From the IMG/VR virus record IMGVR_UViG_3300034022_001261: 64,000 bases of DNA; one strand, 5' to 3'. Shown piece by piece: positions 8,327-17,200 of this stretch. The DNA comes from a virus. The notes under the pieces were generated by a model. The model was not told the DNA's origin. It did no database searches and worked only from the letters and a program-made list of their open reading frames with translations. The translations under genes were made by a program, and so were the position numbers. How positions within the stretch are numbered: the stretch's first letter is position 1; every line of letters starts with the position of its first letter.

Positions 8327-8572
8327 AGTTTCTCCTGCCTTTTTAAAAAAAATATTAGCATGAAGCTAAGAGTTATTTTATATCTACATGTGATCCCTAG
8401 AGATAGGGTTCACTACTGATAGGAGGTAATAAAAACCCAGTAGGAACTCAGAGTGCTTTGGGGGGCAAGAGCACGTCTAATGAATAGGAGTATGAAGAAG
8501 GAAAACCTGATCATATCCCTAGGGACCACATCTAGATATAAGATGTTTATGTTCGAGTTTTTGATTGAACCT

Positions 8573-8773
8573 TTAATTCGGCTTGGCCGGCATCAATTCA
8601 ATCTGCTTAAGTACATCTTGAATTTGATTTATACGCTTAATAGCTATAGCTGATTCTTCAGGAAGAACAGCATTCTTGACTATCCTCATCTGACTGAGCA
8701 TATAGTAGCTACACGCAGTATAGAGAGTGTCGAACATTTCTGATTCGCCGGCAAGATTCAATTCTGTTTTCAT
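8573..8773 (-). CDS. Hypothetical protein
   Basis: 66-aa ORF in arm orientation. Confidence 0.45.
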   Translation of the reverse strand: MKTELNLAGESEMFDTLYTACSYYMLSQMRIVKNAVLPEESAIAIKRINQIQDVLKQIELMPAKPN

Positions 8774-9248
8774 ATTATATATATACAGTTTCTATAGAAG
8801 GAATATAAGGGGAAGATAAGGGAGCTAATGGGAGGGATGACCACAGGTGCCTATACTAGGCTTTCTGTATGAGATTTATGTGTATAAACACTCATTCTGT
8901 ATGGGTCCCCCCCTATAGACTCTCTTTTAAGTTAAATATTTAACAAATGAGTAACTTTGACATTAAAAATACGACTGGAATCCTTCTTTTTTATGGGGTG
9001 AAATACCCCTATAAACCTAGAATGGACCAGTAATTATCCTAAAAGTACTTTGTCGTTATATATACAGTCTATATATACACTCTTAGTATAAGCATATGTA
9101 TATATAGGATATAGTTGTATAATTTAAAATATTATTATGTTATGAGCCGGCGACTGTGTATACGTATATGTCCGTATATGACAAAGTCTCCCTACATTAT
9201 CTAACCACCAAGATAACTAGGAAGACTTCGTCTCCGTTAACAAATCAT

Positions 9249-9464
9249 TTAAATTTTCAAATCTATTCCATACATCCGCTTGAAGTCTCTTCGCATCGGA
9301 TGAAGAGCTGATTCGGTTCCATGAGTGGTGTACAGTGGTCCTTTGATACTCGGAGGGGGGAGTATTTTATAGACACCTGATTTGGCCCGCTCAATATTGA
9401 AACCTAACCGCTCTAATTCGGCCATTACATTCTTCATGGCCTTGGACTGATGCTGTTTTGGCAT
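9249..9464 (-). CDS. HicA-like (dsRBD-fold) small protein
   Basis: AELERLGFNIERAKSGVYKI..P....YTTHGTES..HPMRRDFKR resembles actinophage HicA-like proteins, but the usual GSH/SGH His is missing. AAGGAG RBS. Confidence 0.5.
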   Translation of the reverse strand: MPKQHQSKAMKNVMAELERLGFNIERAKSGVYKILPPPSIKGPLYTTHGTESALHPMRRDFKRMYGIDLKI

Positions 9465-10108
9465 CTTGATTCTCCTTATATAATACTGATTGTTATCAGT
9501 TGTTATGAGTATAACAGTATATAGGAGTCAATTGCAACAGCATCTTTTGATTATTTTTCTTTTTGCCGCGTGATCTGAGATCTATTCTTATAAAAAAAAA
9601 GAAATAGAGCTTAGATACGCTCTAAAGGGGTCGCTCGCTTCGCTCGCTCCCCACTAAAGGTACCTAAGATTTATTTCTTTGTATAAATTTATAAAATGAT
9701 AGGGGGGCATATATGTACGACGCTTTAGATGCATATGCTAGGCAACTATGATTATGTCGGGCTCGTACTAGACCCCAAGGTTACACTGTTTAGAGTCTTG
9801 CAACCGACTTAGAGAAAGGGGCATATTGACTAATTATTTACAATGCATATGCCAGACATATCTGTTTGAACCATTAGCCTAGGTTTATAATGTGATTGAC
9901 TAACTTAGCCCTAATGCCAGCAGGTACATACACAGAAAAGTGTACCAAAGCATATGAAGGGGTGAATGTAGACTTGGTTAGAGCATTCTCTGTCTACTAA
10001 GAGAGGGTTTTACCCGCTAACCATGCGGGGGTTTGTAAGAAGGGCACACCACAGTGTCGTTTAAACCGAGCTATACGCTAACAGTCCCTTAGTACAAGAT
10101 TATTTACT

Positions 10109-11143
10109 TCAGAAAGGAAGTTCTTCTTCGTCACCATCTGCTACTACAGCATTGGTGGCGGTGTTCGTTGGTGCGGACTCAGCACGAGCCGAGTTTTTCC
10201 AGAGGTCAACAGCAACAGTTTTGCCGTCTACAATCATTGAGAACCGACCACAAGGTGCATTGACTGCAGCAAACTGATCCTGAGGAACAAGCTTGCCACC
10301 TTCATCTACCTTGATGATTTGCTGAGCACCAGCCCAGTTGGTTGTCCACTGACGAGACATGTTGCCGAGAACCTTGATACGGTCTTCAGCAGCCTTGATC
10401 TTCTTTTGTGCCCAATCGGTCTGTGTAGCGAGTTCTGTCTTGAGAACAGATGCTTCTTTACGCAGACGGATGATACGCTGGAACTGATCAACAGATGCAT
10501 CCACGAGGTTCATGAAGCCTTGGCCTGTACGAGACTGGCTACGGTCAACCGTTCCAATCTCAAACGAGGTTACAGGAATTCCTGCTTCGTGAGCATATGC
10601 TGCTACAATGTTGCCACGGTTTTCCATAGTGCTAAGTACGTCAACAGCACCTGCAGCCTTGAAGGCATCAAATGCGTGTGAGATACCAGCTTCAGAAGCA
10701 CCGAATTGCTGCCAAAGAAGAGGCATACCATCAGTGAACTTCAAACCAATACGGCTTGCAGTGTCAAGGAATGCTTGTTCATCAACAGGCTTTGCAGCGT
10801 TAGTGTTCACAAATGCACGAAGTACTTCAGGCAAAGACATGGTCTCGCCGTCAATAACAACATCGATGTGCATCTTTACTGGCTTGAAGATACCAGTTAC
10901 AATCTTGTAAGTTTCACCAGTATATGGGGACTTTTGTTCAATAACACTCATACGAGAGAGAGTTGCCTCTTGCAAGGTAGCATACGCAGGTACTTCGATA
11001 CCATTGATAGTGCCTTTGAAGGCAATCTTCCGACCAGCGTGAAGAGTGGTTGTGCGACCAGTTGTCTCAAAGACTTCTGGGGTGTCGGCTACAGCAGAGA
11101 ACAGGTCACTGCCAAGTCCGAACTTGTCTAATAGATTACTCAT
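10109..11143 (-). CDS. Hypothetical protein with SSB-like acidic C-terminal tip
   Basis: 344 aa ending DGDEEELPF, reminiscent of the D/E-rich LPF tails of ssDNA-binding and recombination proteins. Confidence 0.5.
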   Translation of the reverse strand: MSNLLDKFGLGSDLFSAVADTPEVFETTGRTTTLHAGRKIAFKGTINGIEVPAYATLQEATLSRMSVIEQKSPYTGETYKIVTGIFKPVKMHIDVVIDGETMSLPEVLRAFVNTNAAKPVDEQAFLDTASRIGLKFTDGMPLLWQQFGASEAGISHAFDAFKAAGAVDVLSTMENRGNIVAAYAHEAGIPVTSFEIGTVDRSQSRTGQGFMNLVDASVDQFQRIIRLRKEASVLKTELATQTDWAQKKIKAAEDRIKVLGNMSRQWTTNWAGAQQIIKVDEGGKLVPQDQFAAVNAPCGRFSMIVDGKTVAVDLWKNSARAESAPTNTATNAVVADGDEEELPF

Positions 11144-11180
11144 TTTATGAATATTTCCTTTGTTTTTCTAGTTTTGGTTT

Positions 11181-11399
11181 TTATTTGTGGTCAGAAAAGG
11201 CTGCGAATGGGTCAATTGACTCATCCGATGTCTCTTCCATCTTTTTGGATGAACTATTAGTTGCATTGAATCCAGCGAGGAACTCTGACTTGATAGAACT
11301 AGTTGTTGCACTAGTCTTACCAGGAAGAGCTACAGCACCAGATACCAACTTGCCAGTTAGTTCACCAAGTACTTTAGAAGTAGGCTTCTTTAGTTTCAT
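11181..11399 (-). CDS. Hypothetical protein
   Basis: 72-aa ORF with AAAGGA RBS. Confidence 0.5.
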   Translation of the reverse strand: MKLKKPTSKVLGELTGKLVSGAVALPGKTSATTSSIKSEFLAGFNATNSSSKKMEETSDESIDPFAAFSDHK

Positions 11400-11794
11400 T
11401 TTGTTTTTTCCTTTTTGTAAAGAGTTGTTTTAGTTATCGGTCGTAAAATGGGCCGAGGATAATGTCAAGTAGATCAAATAGCCAGTCAAACATAAGCTTG
11501 TGCCTCCTTTCATTCTTCCCTTTCTTTGGTTAGAAATACTCAGAGGCACCGCCCATATGTAATCACTTGCTAACATACCATAAGGTATATAGACCTATAA
11601 GTATGTATATAACAAGTGTGATCATGCAGAGCGTTTTAGCCCTTTAGAATCATCCCAGTCATATACATTTACTTTGATTTCCCCGCGACGAACCACAACT
11701 TGCAACCATCCTTTTGCAAATAAAATATTAGCAATGAGAGATTGAATACAGATTGTGGTTACGACGCCAGTTAGATACCAGTACCAAGCCATTG

Positions 11795-12097
11795 TTATAC
11801 CAAGTCCAACTCTACAAGTTGAGTATGCTTTGTGTACCATTCAACCATAGTGGTAGAGTGTTCACGCAAACGCTTAGAGTGAGACCAGTTATAGTCTTTG
11901 CATTCAATAAAGTATGCAGTACCATCCATGAGCTCAAGCTTTACTCGGTTATTATAGGTGTGGTCGATAATCATAAGGACATTGAGATCCATACTTACAC
12001 GAATGTAAGCCTGGCCCCCATTATGATGATAGAGCCTGTTTTCTTGTGCCGCAAGATCAATAAGTTCTAACGATTGCATGTATGTAATTTCTTTCAT
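11795..12097 (-). CDS. Hypothetical protein
   Basis: 100-aa ORF in a coupled operon. Confidence 0.5.
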   Translation of the reverse strand: MKEITYMQSLELIDLAAQENRLYHHNGGQAYIRVSMDLNVLMIIDHTYNNRVKLELMDGTAYFIECKDYNWSHSKRLREHSTTMVEWYTKHTQLVELDLV

Positions 12098-12214
12098 GAA
12101 AGTACCTTTACCTTTGTGAGTTTGTTTCCGAATCTGTTGCCGGCGAGAAGACCGATAACAAAACAGATAGTTGTGAGTACGATTCCAATTGCTTGGATGT
12201 TTTTGTTTATAAAT

Positions 12215-12457
12215 TTACGCATTGTTTTCTGCTTTCTTGTGATTGTGTTTATAACTAGACCATTGACCGGGCATATCTGTGTCGATATCAATCTTTCGAT
12301 CGTCGGGTTCATATGCTTCAGTGCCAGGACTAGAGGGAATAAGATCCCAATTTATGTTTTTCTTTTTGTCATTATCTTGCGCAAGCCACGCAAACAATGC
12401 CATTCCTAGGTATATGCCAGCTGAAAGCCAACGTAGACGGTTTATAAATATTTTCAT
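12215..12457 (-). CDS. Hypothetical membrane-anchored protein
   Basis: N-terminal transmembrane segment; start overlaps the stop of 12457-12675. Confidence 0.5.
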   Translation of the reverse strand: MKIFINRLRWLSAGIYLGMALFAWLAQDNDKKKNINWDLIPSSPGTEAYEPDDRKIDIDTDMPGQWSSYKHNHKKAENNA

Positions 12458-12675
12458 TATTGGTCTTCTTCCTTATATGCTTCTTCAAGCATGTTTGAAA
12501 ATGCTACTTGAATTTTCATGTGTTCAGTTAGGTTTTGGTAACCTACTACGAATAGATTCCCGTGAGATTGGTCCATTTGGGTAACCATTTCTTCGGATTC
12601 GCCGTAGTTGATAATTGTATTGTTTTCAAAGTCAACTAAGAACATAGTTGTCTTTTCATTGAATGTGTTTGTCAT
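12457..12675 (-). CDS. Hypothetical protein
   Basis: 72-aa ORF with AGGAGGAG RBS. Confidence 0.6.
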   Translation of the reverse strand: MTNTFNEKTTMFLVDFENNTIINYGESEEMVTQMDQSHGNLFVVGYQNLTEHMKIQVAFSNMLEEAYKEEDQ

Positions 12676-12781
12676 TTTATTTCTCCTCCTGTAGAGATAT
12701 TGTATGTGCCACCTTGGAATGAGGTGAGTGATCGATCAACTGACCACCCACCCCATTACTTTGTAGGAGGTGACACGCGAT

Positions 12782-13009
12782 TTATTTAGGGAACATTTCA
12801 TTCCAGCATTTGTCGTGAATACCTGTGGCTATAAGCTCACATTTATCTCGATGAAGTTCTGGAAAGGCATCTTGAACAAACATTCCACCTTGCCAATCCG
12901 CTAAACCTTGAGCAGAAAGTACAATGGTATTATGTTCACCACAATGGATGCACTGATTTTGATGTGTTGCTGATTTATCTTCTGTAATTGTAAAGTTATA
13001 ATTTTTCAT
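12782..13009 (-). CDS. Small Cys/His-containing protein
   Basis: CIHCG...GIHDKCW motifs; AGGAGG RBS. Confidence 0.55.
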   Translation of the reverse strand: MKNYNFTITEDKSATHQNQCIHCGEHNTIVLSAQGLADWQGGMFVQDAFPELHRDKCELIATGIHDKCWNEMFPK

Positions 13010-13305
13010 ATAATGGGCCTCCTAGTTCCCTTTCTTTGTATAGATATATAGATGTGTATATAGGTTGTGTAATTTAGGCGCTATTATCCGCAGGCCTAAG
13101 TTTGGGTCCTATAAGAATTTTTTTTAGTTGGTTAGCAGGTTAGTGCGAACCGAACACCCACCCCTTTCCTTCGTTGTCGAGGCTTCGAAGAAGCACGAAC
13201 GAAGAAGTGACCCGAAGGGTCGCTGATGAGTGAGTAAAAAAAAACGAGTAGGTACAGAGCCAAGTTCCCCGAAGGAAACCTGACTCCGTACAAACCCAAG
13301 GATGT

Positions 13306-13497
13306 CTACAGCCCGAAGAATGCTTTGTCAGCAGCGACCTGAAGAGGTGTTGCTGAAGCAGATTTCTTGAACTGGCGTTGTGCCCGCTCGATTTCTACGT
13401 TCGCACGATGGATTTGAACCAACGCACGACGAGAATCGTCACTGATAAGACTCCAGATTGAGTAGGTGGATGGGACGGTGCTGGCTTTCTTAGCCAT
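13306..13497 (-). CDS. Hypothetical protein
   Basis: 63-aa ORF with AGGAGG RBS inside a repeated leader. Confidence 0.6.
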   Translation of the reverse strand: MAKKASTVPSTYSIWSLISDDSRRALVQIHRANVEIERAQRQFKKSASATPLQVAADKAFFGL

Positions 13498-13601
13498 AGT
13501 GATTACCTCCTAAGGTAACTCTGGGGATTTTACCCCTTTACTTGGTTAGCGGATTTACTAACCCCGATGGTGAGCAGTTTACGACTTGCTCAGGTCGCAC
13601 C

Positions 13602-14015
13602 CTAGAACGCTAGGATGTCGTCGTCGTTAGCCGAACCGGCAACAACAACACGTTCTACTGCTGGCAAGGTAGCCAAGTTAGCAAGCAATGCTTCAGCCTT
13701 AGACAAGACTTTAGCATCGATTGGCTTTGGCTCAGCCTTTACCGTTTGAACCATAGTGCTGAGGACCGTGTCAAGGTCGACGCGAAGGTTCATTGCTGTT
13801 GGCTTTGCTGTGTTGATGTCTTTCACATCGACAGCCAACTCGAATGAAACACCCTTTGTATAGGCATTCCGCAGAATGTCAACAAGGATGTCACGAGCCT
13901 GTGTAGACTCGAGGTTTACAAAGACTGAGCCTTTTAGCAATCCGCTCTTGTCGACGAGCCAGACGGTTGATTTGGTTGGGCTGGTGTTTAGCCAGAAGTT
14001 GAGTATTGTGGACAT
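13602..14015 (-). CDS. Hypothetical protein with acidic tip (DDDILAF)
   Basis: 137-aa ORF with AGGAGG RBS inside a repeated leader. Confidence 0.65.
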   Translation of the reverse strand: MSTILNFWLNTSPTKSTVWLVDKSGLLKGSVFVNLESTQARDILVDILRNAYTKGVSFELAVDVKDINTAKPTAMNLRVDLDTVLSTMVQTVKAEPKPIDAKVLSKAEALLANLATLPAVERVVVAGSANDDDILAF

Positions 14016-14048
14016 TGGGTTACCTCCTAAGATAACTGTGGGGACTTT

Positions 14049-14190
14049 CCCCTTTACTTTGTTAGCGGATTTGCTAACGAAAGACTTTAGAATGTAGATA
14101 GACTACACCCCTTTACTTTGTAAGCGGATTTGCTCACGGTAGATTTTAGAATCCAGTACAGACTAGACCCCTTTACTTGTGACAGCGCAG
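14049..14190. repeat. Three degenerate ~59-60-nt tandem repeats (CCCCTTTACTT.GT.AGCGGATTTGCT...), with a fourth partial copy at 13533-13562
   Basis: Copies start at 14049, 14108 and 14168. The core GTTAGC-GGATTT-GCTAAC is a hairpin. Confidence 0.75.
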
Positions 14191-14249
14191 AAGCCTAGTC
14201 TGTTGGACTATCCAAAACTCACATCCCTTTTTAGAATGAAAGCTATTTA

Positions 14250-17200
14250 TTACTTGGTACGGAACCAGGTCAAGGCCCGCACAAAGTAATCGGTCATGAT
14301 GATGTCAGAGTCATTTGCTGCTGTGTACAACCAACGGTCATAGTTAGCACCTGGGTAACCCTGCTTGACAAGATAGGAAGCACGAACCATGCGCAAGATA
14401 TGGAGATTGGTTTGCTCCACATCAGAACGCTTTTCGTAGCTTTCCATGCGCTCAAGCAGTTGGATAGATACACCCTGCATATGGTCTGCTACATGGCTCT
14501 TGGTGACTTCTGTCAAATTGCCGTGTGCATCACGATTCTGGGGAACTATGAACAGCTTACTGATTTGAGTGATCAGTCTACGGTAGTGCATTTCCTGCTT
14601 CTTGTCCTTGAAGATGTTCTCTAGTTCAGGGATTTCCATGATATTACGGTTCAGGAAGTTGATCATTTCCTGATGTGTCTCACGGACCATCTCTTCACGA
14701 GGGATCATGAATTCTTGGACAATAGGAGATTGCTTCTCGTCGAGAGGCTTGTGCCACCATCCAAGGCCATGATTCTTCTTGAGTGCCTTAGCTGTATCAA
14801 ACATGTTACGGCTATACCACCAGTAAGAGTCCATCTTGCGAGATTGGAGCACTTGCATTGTGGCATTTGCGGACCAGCCTGCCAGTACCTTAAGGTCATC
14901 ATCTGTACCCTTGCATTGCTGCAGTGCATCGATCATGTCCTCATTTGCACAAGGGAGACTAGCAAACGGCACGTTATTGATACCGTACTGAAGCATTTTG
15001 GTCTTGACTTGTCCGCCAACTCCACCACTCTTGAGGAATGATGTTGCATAGTTGTACACAGAACTGTCCCAGTCCCATATTGCAGGTGCAGGACGGTTTG
15101 ATCCAATGGTTGCAGATGGCAGCGATCCAGCAACAGAGAGACGCTTGAACTTAGCAAGATCCTTTGAGTGGATAGTTGGGATGTCACCTTCATTCAAGAA
15201 TGTAGGACCTGGCTCAGCTAGATCCAAGATGGCAAACTCAGCCCAGTCGTTAGGCGTACGAACCAAGAATGCCACTAGTGGGTTAACTGAACCATCAGGC
15301 CGGACATAACGACGCTCATGAATCATGACCTCATCATCCAAGTCTGCACCACCAAGTTTACCTTGAATCTTAGCCCAAGTTACTCCCGGCATGCAGAATG
15401 TTTGAGTCTCTTCATGGTAGAAGGATTGCTTGTCATCCAAGTCAATGTCATAGCCGGCAAGCCACAATACTTCCTTGGTCATGACGTATGCACGGTATGC
15501 ATGTGGCATAAAGACAAAGGCTTTCTTCTCACGAGCATTAGCTTGCCAATTGAGTCCTTCTTCCTTATTCTTTGAAAGAAACATCTTCTTAATGCCTTGT
15601 GCACGCATGAACATAAGAGTCTGACTAACTCCAATATCCAATCCAACTTCATGCAAACTTGCAATCATTTTATTCATGTTATTGGTAACTTTACCACCCT
15701 TGATGGCAGCAAACTTATCAGCCTCATTGACAACACGCTCGGCAACAATGTGCTGCATCCACTCAATGTCTTTACCTTCAACCATGTTGTTATAGGCATT
15801 GTCTAGAACAGTCTTAAAGTTCTCAAGCAGGTGTTTGTACTCAAAGATGCCTTCAATGCCCTTGAACTGAGCAAGAGTTTGGTCATTTGTCTTAACCATT
15901 CCTGGACCATGATGTGGCTCAAGAGTAATGATCTCCCAAGTTCCATCTGTTCCAAACTCCTGCTTAAAGTTGTCTACCGTTGTCACAATGTCAACTACCT
16001 GAGTAGATGAGATCATTCCACGCTCACGCAAACGGGCAAGCATTGCATCCTTAGGCACGGACAAAGCATTACCTTTTACCATTCCTGGCTTTCCGTTGAT
16101 GTTAGTAACCACGCGAATGGTGTGGTTTGTGACCTTGCGATCTTCCATGCCCTTAAGTGTGTGATACTTTGCTTTACCTGGTAAGTGCTTGTTGGCACGA
16201 TATATCTTCTTGGCATAGTCGTCTGTAATAAGACTAATGCCATCAAGGGTAATAGCTGCAACTTCCTCTGTGCTCAGATGAGGGAAGAAGTCCAAGATAT
16301 CGTAGTGCGTAAGCACCAGGATACGAGCCATCTTGTGCTTGCCCTTGATGTTGACCATGCCACCACGAGCAGCACGAATGATCTCAGTCAAACGCTTGGT
16401 CATCTTTGCAGAGTTACCTACTGCCAATCCGTATTCAGACATGTCTGAGTACTTAGTTGACTTGTGCCCCTTGACTCGAATCATGTACTCCGCATCAAAG
16501 TCACCCCAGCCGAATACTACTTCTTGAGGCTTGTGGTCTCCTGCAAGAGCACCGCGTTGTGGTTCTGGTGGCATTCCGGGAAAGCGAAATGGACTTTCAT
16601 ATGGAGTGATGTTGATAGCAAACGGTTGATTGCCAAACATGTGGTCCAACATAAACCAGTGGTAGCCACCGGGATCAGTTGTTTCAATAACGAGAGACCT
16701 GCCATCGCCAAATCCAACTTGGACAGGCTTTACAGTTTCTGCACCAAAGGCATACTCAGGATCGTTTGTAATGATCCGACTATACACCATCTCTGTAGGA
16801 ACAGTTGCACTCTCGATGAGTGATGGTGTGCGAACAAGGTATTCCTTGATCATTTTCTTTCCCTCCTTAGGGTTGGTTGTTTTGTTCACCGGGTTGGTGT
16901 CCATTTTATTTACCTCCTCGGTAATTGTTTTACTAGCACCTGGTTGGTGATAGTCGATGAATTCAGCCACTTCTGGATGATTCTCGAGCATTGTTTCAAG
17001 ACGACCTCGAACATCAGCATTACGTGCAGCATTGGTGTCAGCAATTGCCCATACGTTAATAGCCCAACGCTCTGAGTCTGCATTAGTCACAGCATGCACG
17101 TGCTTTGAGTTAAAGGCAAAGACTTCTCCACCAGTTAAGTCCATTGTGTAGTCAGGTGATGCCATCTCACGACTTGATGCGATGTGCCAGTTGCAAGAAC

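Noticed and set aside
10030-10100. tRNA-like sequence (TAGCTCGGTT on the minus strand)
   Set aside because: No D-stem complement, no TTC T-loop and no acceptor stem. No tRNA gene was recognised anywhere in the window.
13223-13280. Hammerhead ribozyme (CTGATGA ... GAAA)
   Set aside because: No stem II closing between the core motifs and no matching stem I/III with a cleavage triplet.
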